From: the human T2T-CHM13v2.0 reference genome, Homo sapiens
DNA: 64,000 bases
Direction: 5' to 3' (one strand)
NCBI RefSeq assembly: GCF_009914755.1
Contig: NC_060932.1
Below are positions 1 through 12,960 of this stretch, piece after piece. Each line of letters opens with the position of its first letter. The first letter of the stretch is position 1. The notes under the pieces were generated by a model, which saw only the letters and a list, made by a program, of their open reading frames with translations, made no database searches and was not told the DNA's origin. The translations under genes were made by a program, and so were the position numbers.

Positions 1-382
1 ATTGATGGGCATTTAGGTTGATTCTGTGTCTTTGCTATTGTGAATAGTGCTGTGATGAACATATGTGTGCATGTGTCTTTATGATAGAATCATTTACATT
101 CCTTTGTGTATATACTCAGTAATAGGATTGCTGGGTTGAATGGTAATTCTGCTTTGAGTTCTTTGAGAAATTGTTACACTGCTTTCCACAATGGCTAAAC
201 TAATTTATATTCCCACCAGCAGTGTATAAACATTCCCTTTTCTCTGCAACCTTGCCAGAATCTGTTATTTTTTCATTTTTAGTAATAGCCATTCTGACTG
301 ATGTCATAGATGGTATCTCATTGTGGTTTTGATTTGTATTTCTCTAATGGTTAGTGATGTTGGCCATTCTTTCATATGCTTA
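1..382 (-). mobile_element. L1 fragment (ORF2 3' region; L1PB/L1MA-age), runs off window start
   Basis: Reverse-strand L1 motifs: ttgatgggcatttaggttgattc, gctattgtgaatagtgctg, tcccaccagcagtgta, tggtatctcattgtggttttgatttg. Confidence 0.9.
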
Positions 383-496
383 ATGTCAAAGAATTTGAGG
401 TGACTGAAAAAAATCTTCACTGTAAACATTTAGGTTGTTTCCAGTTTTTTTTTTTCATATCTTGTTGCTAACAATGCCACTATGAATATTCATACA

Positions 497-900
497 CAGT
501 AAGTTTTCACTTAACATTATTGTCCATAGATTCTTGGAGACTGCAACTTTAAGCAAAACAATATGTAGGGAAACCAGTTTTACCATAGGCTGATTGATGG
601 AAACAACAGTGATATTCCTACAGCATATTTGTAGTCACAAAACATCACCAGACTTCTAAAGAGAGATAAAATACTTCTAATATTTTACATTACAATAAAT
701 GTGAGCTACACACACAAGAAAGATTAATAAAAGCAAATAAGATAGTTATTTACTTAATTAGTCCAGTTCAGCATGGTGGGTGGCTGGAACCTGTCCACTG
801 ATCAATCAATCCCATTTATTCCAGTCAGAATCAATTTTTTTCCCTATCAGTCCAGAACAAAATGACATTGAACCAGATTACATTGTTCCAGAATCTGCTG
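497..900 (+). mobile_element. MER82 (TcMar-Tigger DNA transposon), internally deleted
   Basis: Starts cagtaagttttcacttaac and ends gaatctgctg, matching recalled MER82 termini; internal aaacatcaccagacttctaaa and aataaatgtgagcta match consensus. Confidence 0.8.
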
Positions 901-1894
901 CACAAATAATCTCTCACACGTGAAACATTATCACCTCAGGGGAAATTCCTTTAGTGGAACTCCTAGGTAAAGGGGCACATATATTTTTTTAAAAAAATTA
1001 ATTCATGCTCCCTGGAGAACCTGCATCAATTTATACTTCCATCAAAAGTGTAAGAGAGTACCTTTGTGTGCTTGTGTATTTGTGTGTGTGCATGTGCTGA
1101 ATTTGTCACTATCAGGGCCACACATTAGTAAAATGAATGAGAACTTTTTCACTTTTTAAATATAATCTCTATACTCTGTCGTATATCATTATTTTTATAT
1201 TTGCTTTGATAAATTGAAAGAATCTACCTTTCAAACCATTTTGACCAAGTGCATTTTTTGGGAAGTCATTGTTACATTGTTCTGAAATTATTGGTAAGTT
1301 AGTGTTTATAACTTCTATTTTAGTAGTGTGTACTTTTTTATAAAACCATGTATTGAGATTGTCAAATTAATCTTGAGTAATAAAAATTAAGATGCATTCT
1401 CTCATTTAAAAAATTTATGTCTACAGATATAGTCCCTTTCTGAGATATAATTTTGCATATTTCACCTTTTATTTTTAATTGTAATTCCTGGTGAGTCTTT
1501 TAGGGCAAAATGATCAGAGGCTGTGAGCTCTGGAATTTCTACTTTTTGAAATTTTTGAGGTTATTTTGTAGCTAATATGATACACTTTAGGAAATAATCC
1601 AAGGTACATGAAAAGAATATTTAGTCTCCATTTGTAGAGTGCAAGGGTCAATATACTTCTCAAAAAGTGTTACTGGTGTGTTAAATTTTCCCACTACAGT
1701 TGTATTTTGTGGCATATGTCTCATGTACTTTTTTCATAGACTTTCATGCTTTGTCATTTGGCTTTGTAACTTTTATCAACACGAAATGTCCCTGTTTAAT
1801 AATATGATTGGAATTTCACTTTTTCTATGTTACTTGCTTTCTTTTTTATGTGTTTCTTAATATATTTTTGGTCTTCCTTTTTTCCCCTCTACTA

Positions 1895-3120
1895 TTTTAA
1901 ATGCTTTTTCATTTGATTCCATGTATCATTCACCTAGTTTGTTTTAATGGTAACATCTTGCTTAACTACAGTACAATATCAAAACCAGGAAATTGACATT
2001 GGTACAACTCACAGATCTTACTCCAATTTTACATGCGCTCATTTGTGTTTGTGTGTGTGCAGTCCTGTGCAATTTTTATCGTGTGTAGATTAATGTAACC
2101 ACAATCACAATCAAGATGCAGGGCTATTTCTTCAACACAGGCTCCTGTACTGATCCTTTACAGCCATACCCACCCTCTTTCCTCACCCTTAACCTCTAGC
2201 CACCGCTAATCTGTTATACATTTTTATAATTTTTATTTCAATAATGTTATTATGGATAGAGTCATATAACATGCAACCCTTTGAAACTGTGTTTTTTCAT
2301 TCAGATTGTTGTGTGCATCACAAATTCATTCCTTTTTATTGCTGTGTAGTATTCCATGGTATGGATGTGTCATAGTTTGTTTAACTTTTCACCTATGAAA
2401 TGACATTAGGATTGTTTCTAGTTTTTGTCTATTATTAATAAAGCTTCTATGAATACTTATGTAAAGGTTTTTATGTGAACTTAAGTTTTCATTTCTCTGG
2501 GATAAATATCCAGGAGTACAACTGTTAAGTCATATAGTAGTTGCATGTTTAGTTTTTTAAGAAACAGCCAAACTGTTTTCAGGATGGCAGTGTCATTTCC
2601 ATTCCTACCAGCAATATATGAGTGACTCAGTTTCTACATGTCCTCACCAGCTTTTGGTATAGTTATTATTTTTTTATTTTAGCTATTCTGATAGTTGTGT
2701 AATGATGTCTCATTGGGGTTTTAATTTGCATGTGATGTTAAACGTCTTCTCATGTGCTTATTTACCATCTGTATATCCTCTTCAGTAAAATGTCTGTTCA
2801 TATATTTTGCTCACTTTCTAATTGGGTTGTTTGCGTTTTATTTTTTTCTCTTTGCATTTCAATGGCTACAAATGTCTGCTTTTTAACTGCCGAGTTTTGA
2901 GAGCTCCTTGAGTTTTTAGAGTATATATTCTAGATACAAGGCCTTTGTCTGATATGTAATTTGCAAATATTTTCTCCATGTCTGTAGCTCATCTTTTTAT
3001 TCTCTTCCCTGGATCTTTCACAGAGGAAATTTTTAATATTGATTTAATCCAATTTATAATTTTTTTTCTTTTTGAATTGTGCTTTTGGTGTCAAGACTAT
3101 GAACCCTTTTCTGGCGTTAG
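1895..3120 (-). mobile_element. Ancient L1 (L1MC-like 3' end plus ORF2 end)
   Basis: agtacaatatcaaaaccaggaaattgacattggtaca, attcattcctttttattgctg, gttttcatttctctgggataaat, ttgcaaatattttctcc on reverse-strand L1 pattern. Confidence 0.8.
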
Positions 3121-3469
3121 AAAGTACCTTTTAATGAGTTCTCCCCTTTGGTATTAAAATGTAAAAATAAAATTACAAGGTTCAATTTGTTGGTCTTTAT
3201 ATTTATGGTTTCTGTGTTTGTGTGTTGCTTGAGAAGGTTGTTGCAAACCCCAAAATATAAAATTAAACCATGTATTATTTTAGATACAAGACTTTTTTAC
3301 TAACTAGTTTTATATTATAAAAATAACATGCAGAAATGTAGAAAGGTCAAATTAGAAAAAAAAATTTGCCTTTACTTCTTCCACTTTCATTTCCTGGGGT
3401 AGCTACTATAATTAATTTCTTGTATCTCTTTCTAGAATTTCTCTAAGTATATGCAAGCATGTGCATGCT

Positions 3470-3471
3470 CA

Positions 3472-3517
<46 letters not shown>
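3470..3517. repeat. (CA)n microsatellite
   Basis: About 23 CA units with one TA interruption, read directly. Confidence 0.98.
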
Positions 3518-3518
<1 letters not shown>

Positions 3519-3639
3519 GTATGTATATCTTTTTTAAAACCCAAAGGGGACATTAGATGTATCTCTCTGCAGCAGTATCTAAAGATCACTTTCATTATTT
3601 TTTTAACAGCTGCAAGGATAATATATATAACCTTCCTGC

Positions 3640-3990
3640 TAATAATAGAAAATTAGGTTTTTATAGGAATTTTCTTTGCTATGATGAGTAATGCTGCAAT
3701 AAATGTTCTTGTACATAATGTTGTACAAGTATGAAGAATAAATTCTCAGACATGAAATTCTTAAATTACAGGTATGATTTTACAATTATTAAATTACAGA
3801 TACAATTTTACAATTTTGATAATATCAACAAATTCTTCTTTAAAAATGGAGCATCATAATACACTTCTACCAACAATGCATGAAAGTACCAATTTTCCCA
3901 TGTCCTCACTTACTCTGGAAATTACCTTACTCTGGAAATTACCTAATTTTTTATTTTCTGCCTATCTGAGAAGCAAGAAATGCGTTCTGT
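3640..3990 (-). mobile_element. Highly diverged L1ME fragment
   Basis: aatgctgcaataaatgttcttgtacat and cttctaccaacaatgcatgaaagtaccaattttccc resemble reverse L1ME ORF2 end. Confidence 0.55.
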
Positions 3991-5420
3991 TTTTTCTGCA
4001 TTCTAAATAGATTTAAGACATGGGGTGTGCATGCATATGTGTGTCGTAAGAAAGTTATCAAGGAACACAGTTTTATTTTTTATCCTGTAAAATTAAAATT
4101 GTTTGGAATATGTGCTAAGGTTTTACAAAATAAAAAAGATGCTTCTGAAACCAACTGGGATGAGTCTTTACACTCTGGAAAACCAGCAACTTTCCACTTT
4201 CTCATGCTAATAAGGGAAGGAATGGGATTCTTTTGAGGGGTCATCAGTAGGAAATATCCCACCCGTCACATAATTCTAGAAGTCTAACAGGAACACCTAG
4301 TGGTTATTGAATGAGGGAAGATTCTTTGTAAACAGAAAAATACCCAGTACGTAGTTTCTTCTTAGTTTTCTTCATAGTTTAGTCATCAGTTCACCCACAC
4401 ATATATGTGTTCATCTAATTACTATTTATTCATCATCCTATTGGCATTGGCCTGAGCACTGGGGACATAAGCATTGTGTTCATTGACCGGTCTGGTAGGA
4501 GAGTGGGAGAGAACTGAGCAAACACCTCCTCACCCTAGTGCACTAAGAGCCTCTGTAGTCTCCTGGTTGGGGAATCAGGCGGAGACAGGAGGTCACACTA
4601 AATCCCATACTGATGAGCAGGCAATAGGGTAGAAAGGGCAGTTCTACCTATTGGACATTTTGGAAGCTGGATCGAAAACTTAATTAAAATTCAAATTAAA
4701 AGCCGGATCAAATACTTAATTTCCATTAATGATCTGCAGTGGGAATCAATCATCAAGTCAGAAGATAGACCGAAAAACAAACAAAATTAACAGCTCATCT
4801 TGTATGGTGTTCAGGGAGAATTAATCAGTTACACCCCAGTCAGGAAAGCTGGATGTGACAGCCTTCTCAGTCATCAGCAACCACAGTGCAGGATTGGGGA
4901 AGGGAGAGCAGGCACTCCGAGGTTTTGTAACTAGGCAGATGGCTTGAAGTGGATTTTCACTGCAACTCATAATGATGATCCTCATAAATGAGCATATTTT
5001 ATAGTTTAAAAGCTGGTTATGATAGAGAAAAAAATGTAGACCCAAGAAAAATCAAACGTTTCTACTTTGTATATCTTTATTCTTCTTGCTTCACCACCTT
5101 TCATGTTCTAAGAAGAAATGTAAATGAAATGATACATCACATAGTCCTTTATAGGTCTATATCATTATTGTTTAGTCTTCTCATATTGAGACACATCTCT
5201 AAGTAAAGACACAATATGATAGTGCACTGACAATGGCACATTGGTATAGAAGAAAAATCAGTTTTCAGACTGAAAAACAGGATAAATATTGCCCAAGTCA
5301 GGGAATCCAGTGTCTATTCATGTCATGGTATAGAACTTCTATAGGATATCTTTCTGAAAGGCTTTTTATAATTAGGGGAAGGTTCTGTTAAGGATGGATG
5401 ATTAAAATAAACATTATCTA

Positions 5421-5654
5421 GAGATAACATGGACACAGGAAGGGGAACATCACACACCGGAGCCTGTTGTGGGGTGGGGTGGGGTGGGGGGAGGGGATAG
5501 CATTAGGAGATATACCTAATGTTAAATGACGAGTTAATGGATGCAGCACACCAACATGGCACATGTATACATATGTAACAGACCTGCACGTTGTGCACAT
5601 GTACCCTAAAAGTATAATAATAATAAAATAAAAAATGCACACGTAAAAATAAAA
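5421..5654 (+). mobile_element. 5'-truncated L1PA (L1PA4-like) 3' end with ~19 bp TSD
   Basis: catggacacaggaaggggaacatcacac...gttaaatgacgagttaatgg...gtaccctaaaa plus A-rich tail; flanks taaaataaacattatctag (5403-5421) and taaaataaatattgtctag (5655-5673). Confidence 0.95.
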
Positions 5655-5863
5655 TAAAATAAATATTGTCTAGGCTAGGCTAGACTAAGGGAAATTTAAT
5701 TCTACATCTGTTAAGTCTCTATATTCTTCTTTCAAGTCTTGAATACCAACATGAAGTTCCGTCAGCTGTTTAATTAGCTTCTGATCCAGGCATCTCACTA
5801 CTATTTACCAAAAAAGAAAAAAAAAAATCCATAGCCTGTGAGCTAGGTGAAGTGTGTCCTTAA

Positions 5864-6187
<324 letters not shown>

Positions 6188-8429
6188 GCCCTTAATGCTT
6201 TTATTTATTATTTTTGTTTTTTGGTGGATGCTCTCTTCCCCTCTCTCCTAAACTGAGATATCCCCATTTGGCACTTTGCCTAGTTGGAGTCAAGCTCCAA
6301 GATTTAGACTTATAAGAGTGATGTATGTGCTCATTCTTCTTCTGATAAACTCACCCATGCAGAGGGGATGATGGGTGATCTGGATGGGCAACACTTCAAA
6401 AGGGCATTTTGGGGGCAATATCTTAATCCAGAGGAGCTCATGGCAAATAATTAGAAGATATTTTAGGGTAAGCTCCACTTTTCATGCTGTTATATTGCGT
6501 ACTGCATAGTCAACTGATACCGTTAAGTACCGTGAAGCTCAGGCCTTCTTCTTTCCGTCTGCTGGCTAGCAATCCAGTCCCCCTTGCATGGACAACTCCT
6601 TTTCCTCTCATGGTACCAGGTATATCATGATGTCTCTTGCTTTATGGGCTTCCCCAAGCCCTTCTCTCTTTGGGAGCGGTGCTTTGGCCCCGTTCACATA
6701 ATTATCTTCTGTTCATTCTTTAAAACTTGGCTCAAGAGTTACTCCTCTTAGAAGCCTCCTGGAATTTTTGCCTTTATATTAATCCTTTTTAGATGATTTT
6801 CCTCTGAGCTTCCTTAATATCTTATGCGTGTTTCTCTTAGAACAATTGTCAAAGACCATGCTGGTAATATTGTTTATTCAGCAAGAATAAACTCCATATT
6901 CTTGTTATTTTACTATAATCGCCAGCCTCTGGCATATACTTAAAATTTGATAAGTATTTTTAGACCAGCTGGATAAACTAAGGCTTACATTGGCAACTAT
7001 ACTTGCCTTCTCTACTACTTCTCTGAATTATCTCAGTGAGAAGGAATCCCTATCTTCTTAATGCCTGTAATACTCTTCCCATTCATATAGATTTTCATTG
7101 TATTCCTGACTTGTGGAAAAGTCTCCTCTTGTAGGGTATAAATTCCTCAAGGGCACTAATACTATGCTATGAACCTCTGTGGTCCCTAACACAAGTGATT
7201 GGATAAGATAGATATTCAAAAACCACTTTGAATACATAAGAAGAGATAAATAGGCAGGATCACATTTATTGATTTCTTAGAACTATATCATATTTATGCT
7301 GAATTAAGCATGAAGGAGGAGGTGAATAAAGATGCTGGCAACTTTGAATGTGCTGTACAGCTTTAATTCCCCAATAAAGACTGTTGAGTCAAAGCTAAAA
7401 TGCTTGCTGAAGAAGAAGGGCAAATTTGTGGTGGTGTTTTTCAATACTGGAAAGCAAACTAAGAAGTGATGTTAGGTGTCTATTTATGCATCTACTGCCA
7501 TTGCCAATGATTTAAGCTAAGTGTAATGACAAGATAAATTTCATAGTAATGGGAGGCATTTTTAAATTTTGTAAAGTATATGAAAACATGTCTGAAGCTG
7601 TTGACCATAAGGTCACCAAATTGTTCATTCTTTCTCTCACCTACCTCATCCTATATTGTTTATTATTTACCTAAATTGTTTATTCAGTTAAGTAAATTAA
7701 ACAATTTAGTTTACTCAATTTATTCAAAATAATTATTATTGTTTATTATTTACCTAAATTGTTCGTTCTTTCTCCCATTTACCTCATCTCAAGACTATTG
7801 TCATCTAATCCTGAAATAAAAGAAGTATAATAGAAAAATGATGGTGAATGTAGATATATCAGAAGGATGCAGTAGGACACGAAGTTGTATACAATTGAGG
7901 ATAACAATAAGTGTATGCAGAAGAGGACATTTCAGTCTCTACTCTGAGGATGGATCAGAAGTAAAACCCCACCTGGAAATGTATCATGGGAAACAACTTC
8001 TTCCTGGGCCCAATGGTCAGTCTTCTGATCACATTTGCCAGGAATGGCAAACAGTTTTCAACTTGTGTGCCAATGATTCTAGTGTATTGATAATAAGAGA
8101 ATTCCAAAGCTACATCAGGTAAAATTAGGAGAGATTCCTTGATTGATTAGTGGTGTCTGCCATGAGACAGAAGATGGGAATAGCTTGCCTGTGCATTTAC
8201 CATCTCAGGTCTGTGTCATATTCCCAGTCATTCAATTGAATAGCAAGAACTGCAAGCCAGTTTCCAATTCCTGAGGCTGAAATAATGATATTTAAATTTT
8301 TATTATGTTGGATGCTGAAATAACATGCTATATACTGGTTTAATGTTGTTATTGTTTTTGAGAAAAGAAATTTGGATTTTTTTCCCATTTTCCTGCTTGT
8401 TCCTAAAACCTAGGTTTCAGAAACATTGA

Positions 8430-9062
8430 TTGCCCCTCCGGGAGGTGACACCCAGTCTTACCTTTTCTCTTTGAATATGGCTTCTGAAGAATAGTGTTTA
8501 GAAAGGAAAAAAAAAATAGCTCTACCGTGGAGGAATCTGGCAAACCAAGTGATCAAGGTTATCCTCCCCAGTGATGATAGTTGCGTTGATATTATGTACT
8601 TTCCGATATCATGTAGCCTCTTCACCTTGTTGTATTTCTCCCTAAAACTTAAAACTCTTACATTTAATCATAAGAAAGCACAAGCAAAAATCAAATCTAG
8701 GAGAATTCTACAAAATATCTGACCAGTACTCCTCAAAACTGTCTAACTTATGCAAAATAAGGAAAGAGTGAGAAATATCAGAGCCAAGAGGAGTCTGAGG
8801 CAACGTGATGACTATATGCAATGTGGTGTCTCGGAATGGAAAGAGAACATTTGTGGAAAACAGGTGAAATCAAATAAAGTCTGAAATTGAGTTAATAGCA
8901 ATGCACCAGTATTAGTTTCTTGGTTTTGACAAATGCACCATGATAATGTAAGATGTTAACACAGGGGAAACTGGGTGAGAGGCACACAGAAACCTCGTAC
9001 TATCTTTGCAACTTTCTGTAAATTTATAATTATTCTAAAATTTAAAGTTTATCTAAAAAACA
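8430..9062 (+). mobile_element. Ancient L1 3' UTR (L1MC/L1MD-type)
   Basis: caagtgatcaaggtta, attctacaaaatatctgaccagtactcctcaaaactgtc, gtactatctttgcaactttctgtaaat, ends in A-rich tail. Confidence 0.85.
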
Positions 9063-9489
9063 ACCAAATAAGTGAATGAAACTTGTTAAAAGAGAGTTAT
9101 GTATTTTTGCATCTGTGTGTGTCTGAGACAGAAAGACTGAGAGAGAGAGAAAGAATTAGTATTTTGTTCAAATAATATAGACCTGAAGAATCTGGGCTTT
9201 GGAATAAGAACATTTATCTGGGGAGGGTCTTGTGGGATGAGTCTTATTGGTGACTTGCTTAGTTATTATTTGCCATTCTATTTTTGAATCTCCTTTACCT
9301 TACTATAGAAGAATTTTTCCTCCTTCTTTTCCCTTTACGAATGAGATTCTAGAAGAATAGTCATCGTTTTAAAAATTTTCCTTGCACTTTTACTCTCAAA
9401 TACTCATTCTACTATCTTTAGTCAAGAATCTTTTCTTTTTTGATGTCTAACTGTATTTTCATATGATATTCCAAACTATTTTACCTTCT

Positions 9490-9792
9490 ATTTTCTTTCT
9501 TTTTTTTTTGTTTGAGACAGTTTTACTCTTCTCACCCAGGCTGGAGTGCAATGGCATGATCTTGGTTCACTGCAACCTATGCCTCCCGGTTCAAGCAATT
9601 CTCCTGCCTCAGCCTCCTGAGTAGCTAGGATTACAGGCACCCGCCACCACACCTGGGTCATTTTTGTATTTTTAGTAGAGACGGGGTTTCACCATGTTGG
9701 CCAGGCTGATCTTAAACTCCTGACCTCAGGTGATCGCCCATCTTGGTCTCCCAAAGTGCTAGGATTATAGGCGTGAGCCACCATGCTCAGCC
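9490..9792 (-). mobile_element. AluS
   Basis: Full dimeric Alu reversed; TSD-like tattttctttc / tatgttctttc. Confidence 0.97.
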
Positions 9793-10464
9793 TATGTTCT
9801 TTCCATTTTCTTACAAAACTTAGATATCTTTTTTATAATTTGTGGCATCAGTTGTAAATCTTAATCTTTAAACCAAATAAAAGATTTGCCATGACAATAG
9901 ATAAGTAAATTCAGATCTTTTTTCTTTTTCCCCTTGCTGATATTTGTCAGTACACATTCATAATATTGGAATTTAAATTACTTTTTTTGACTAAAAAAAT
10001 ACTTTCCCTTTGACTTGTAGCCTAAGGAATCATGCAAGGGTCCACTGCTAATGCGGAAAAAGAACACAACAGCCACATCTGATGATGCTTATCAAGGTCC
10101 ATTTAATTTTGCAGTGTCTTGTGGCCCTGAAGATGCAGTGCAGGGTCTACATCCAACATCTTGCTCTTCAACAGTTGTGAAATTAGCTTCAAATTTATGG
10201 TTCTGGCGAATACTTCTGGCTTTTTACGTGTTACTTATTAACTAAGAATATTTCACTAGGGAGATTTATTTGACTGAAATGCATTAAAATTACTTGCGTC
10301 AATGAACTATATTATAGGTGAAATGGTATAAATTATGTAGGAGGGGGTTCAAAAATAACAAGGTGACAAAGCCGAGAAAAATCAAGAGTCATGTCATCTC
10401 TTGATTAGGTGTTATCTTATTTTAACTTTTAGGCCAGAATGTGAAAGTTAAAGTGAAAATGCAA

Positions 10465-12960
10465 ATGAGGAGTTTTGCAATGAGCGAGTAACTTGTATCA
10501 GACTAAAGCTTCCGCCAAGAATAATTATAAACGTTGGATTAAAACTGAAAACAAAGCAAAAAGCAGCTGTTTGAAGGTGACCAGAAGCATAGGGCCAAGA
10601 TTCAATAGGCAAAGAATGTACACGATGAGCCCTAAATTGTCATGGGTTTTGTCTTCTTAGAGCATTTGCCTAGACACAATATGAGACTTAGAAGTTAAGA
10701 AAAAAAAAAGTGCTGTGTTGAAGCTTTATGGAAGTGTCATGGGTGGGAGGGACAAAAATTAGAGAGCAGGACTAGCAAAGCAGTCCCAAGTAGGTCCAGC
10801 AGTTTGTATGCAGTCTCTCTATGAGGAGCTTATCAGTTACCAAGGGCTACCTGTATTGAGAAAAAAGTTCAGAAACCAAACAGAGAGAGGAGGCTATGAG
10901 GCTAACATCTAAGTAGAGGAGACTTCTCTTATCTTGCATTGGACTTAAACTATGGTAATGAACATATCTAAGAGTTGAACAAAGCATATAAAATAATTAT
11001 TTGCAGCCATGGGGTAGCAATGAAAAAGCTGTAATCCTTGAGAGAAATAGAGCATAAGAAGTGATCCAGCATTCCTGATGCTTTTACTCTGACAGAGTTT
11101 TCCAATTTGCAGCACAAGAATACAGAGCCTACGCAGAGAATCGTGGCCATGTCGAGTAAAGAAGTATAGAGATTAAAGTTTCAGAGTGCCATGGTGGCTG
11201 AGACTTAGTAGCATGGTCTTAAAGAAAACATAGCCAAATTATTAGTGGGGGAAAATCTGTCAAAATCTGAATAGATAATCTCCTTGAGTTCCTGGCCTAA
11301 TCCCAAACTACCTAGTCACAGGGTGCAACTCTGAGAGGCTTAGTAGAGAATAGTTGCTTGAGAGCTGAGCAAAGATTATAGAAGCTCTGCAGTGCTAGAG
11401 AGGCAGAGTTTGGAGTTGGGATCCAGGCAAGATGGAGCAACCTCAGGAAACCCTAAAAAATTTTACCCAGGACAATAGGAAGTCCACATTTTAGGAGTCA
11501 GCACAATACTCTACAAGTGTGGGTAAAACTAAACCCTAAGAACTGAACTAGCAAAGCCTTGACAGAATCAAGATGATTTGTTTGTAATTTAACTGTCTAC
11601 TAGAGGAAGAAAACTGAGTTCACAGTGTAATTCAAAGCATCTACAATGTCTAAAAATTACTGACATGCAAAGATGCAGGAAAAGTGATCTATCATCAAGA
11701 GAAAAGACAGACCCAGACCCAGAGACAATCTAGATGTTGGAGTTAGCATCTAAACCTAATCACCAAAATTATTATGTTAAAAATAGAGGAAAAGTTGAAA
11801 AACATGTGACAATATGGAGAATAGAAACAGGTAACCAGAATCTACAAAAAAGAATAAAATGAACATGCTAGAACTGTAAAACACAGTATCTAAAATTGAG
11901 AACTCATTGAAAAAGCTTAAAAACTTACTGGATATGATAGAAGACAAGATTAGTAGCATGAAGGGCATATCAGCAGAAAATATCCGATCTGAAAGACAAA
12001 GTAAGGAGAATAACAGTAATAAATAATAATACAAAATTCATAAAGAATGCAAGCAAGAGGCTATTATAAAAAGTTATACCAATACATTTAAAATATTAGG
12101 TTTAATAGAAAATCTTTTGAAAATGCAACTTGATATAACTGATAGAAGAAATTTAAAAATCTTAGCATTTCTATACTTACTAGAGAAATGGGATCTGTAA
12201 TTAAAAATCTTGCTACAAACAAACAAAAAACTAAATAAAAAAAAAAGAAAGAAAAAAAGCACACTCTAGGCTCAGATAGCTTCACTGGTGAATTTTTCCA
12301 AAATTTTAAAGAAGAAATAAAACCACTTCACAGAAATGATTCAAGGGAATATGAATGGAGAGAATTTGGAGCAACTGGACCTCTGTGATTTGTGGGAATG
12401 TGAACTGGTGCAACCACTTAGGAAAATAGTTTGGCACTGCTACTGAATCTGAATATATGCAGGCCCTGTGACTACATTTTGCTACTTCCAGATCTAGACT
12501 CAACAGAAGAGATTACATCTGTGCACAGAAAAGAATGCACAAGTGTTCATAGTATCATTACTCATGATAGGAACAACCAGATGTTCAGGCAGTGTCAAAT
12601 GGAAAAACAAATTGTGGCAGGTCACTTGATAGAATACCATACAGCAATGAAAAAAATTACAACTACACATTTCAACATGAATGAATCTCACAGAAACAGT
12701 GTTAGCTGAAAGAAGACAACATACAGTTCTGTAGGATTCTATTTGCTCATGTTAAGAAACAGGCAAAAACTAATCTATGCCGATTCAAACAGGAAGTGGC
12801 TACTTGGAAGGGTGATTTCGAGAGAGGGACTTCCAGTCCTGGTAATATACTATACGTTGATTCAGGAAGTGGTTACACAGGTAGATCACTTTGTAAAAAA
12901 CTCATTGAGTTATAAATGTGGGATTTATGAATCCTTCTGTATGTATATTATACCTCTCCT
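10465..12960 (+). mobile_element. Ancient L1M/L1ME relic (5' region, ORF1 part, ORF2 fragments, 3' end)
   Basis: ctagaactgtaaaacacagtatctaaaatt (ORF1-like), ggctcagatagcttcactggtgaatttttccaaaattttaaagaagaaataa (ORF2 GPDGFTGEF-like), ggtgcaaccacttaggaaaatagtttggc (ORF2 end), L1ME-type 3' UTR. Confidence 0.7.

Noticed and set aside
7838-8122. 94 aa ATG-initiated ORF ending near cag|gtaaaa
   Set aside because: No recognisable homology, weak donor, no polypyrimidine acceptor; length is within chance expectation for 64 kb
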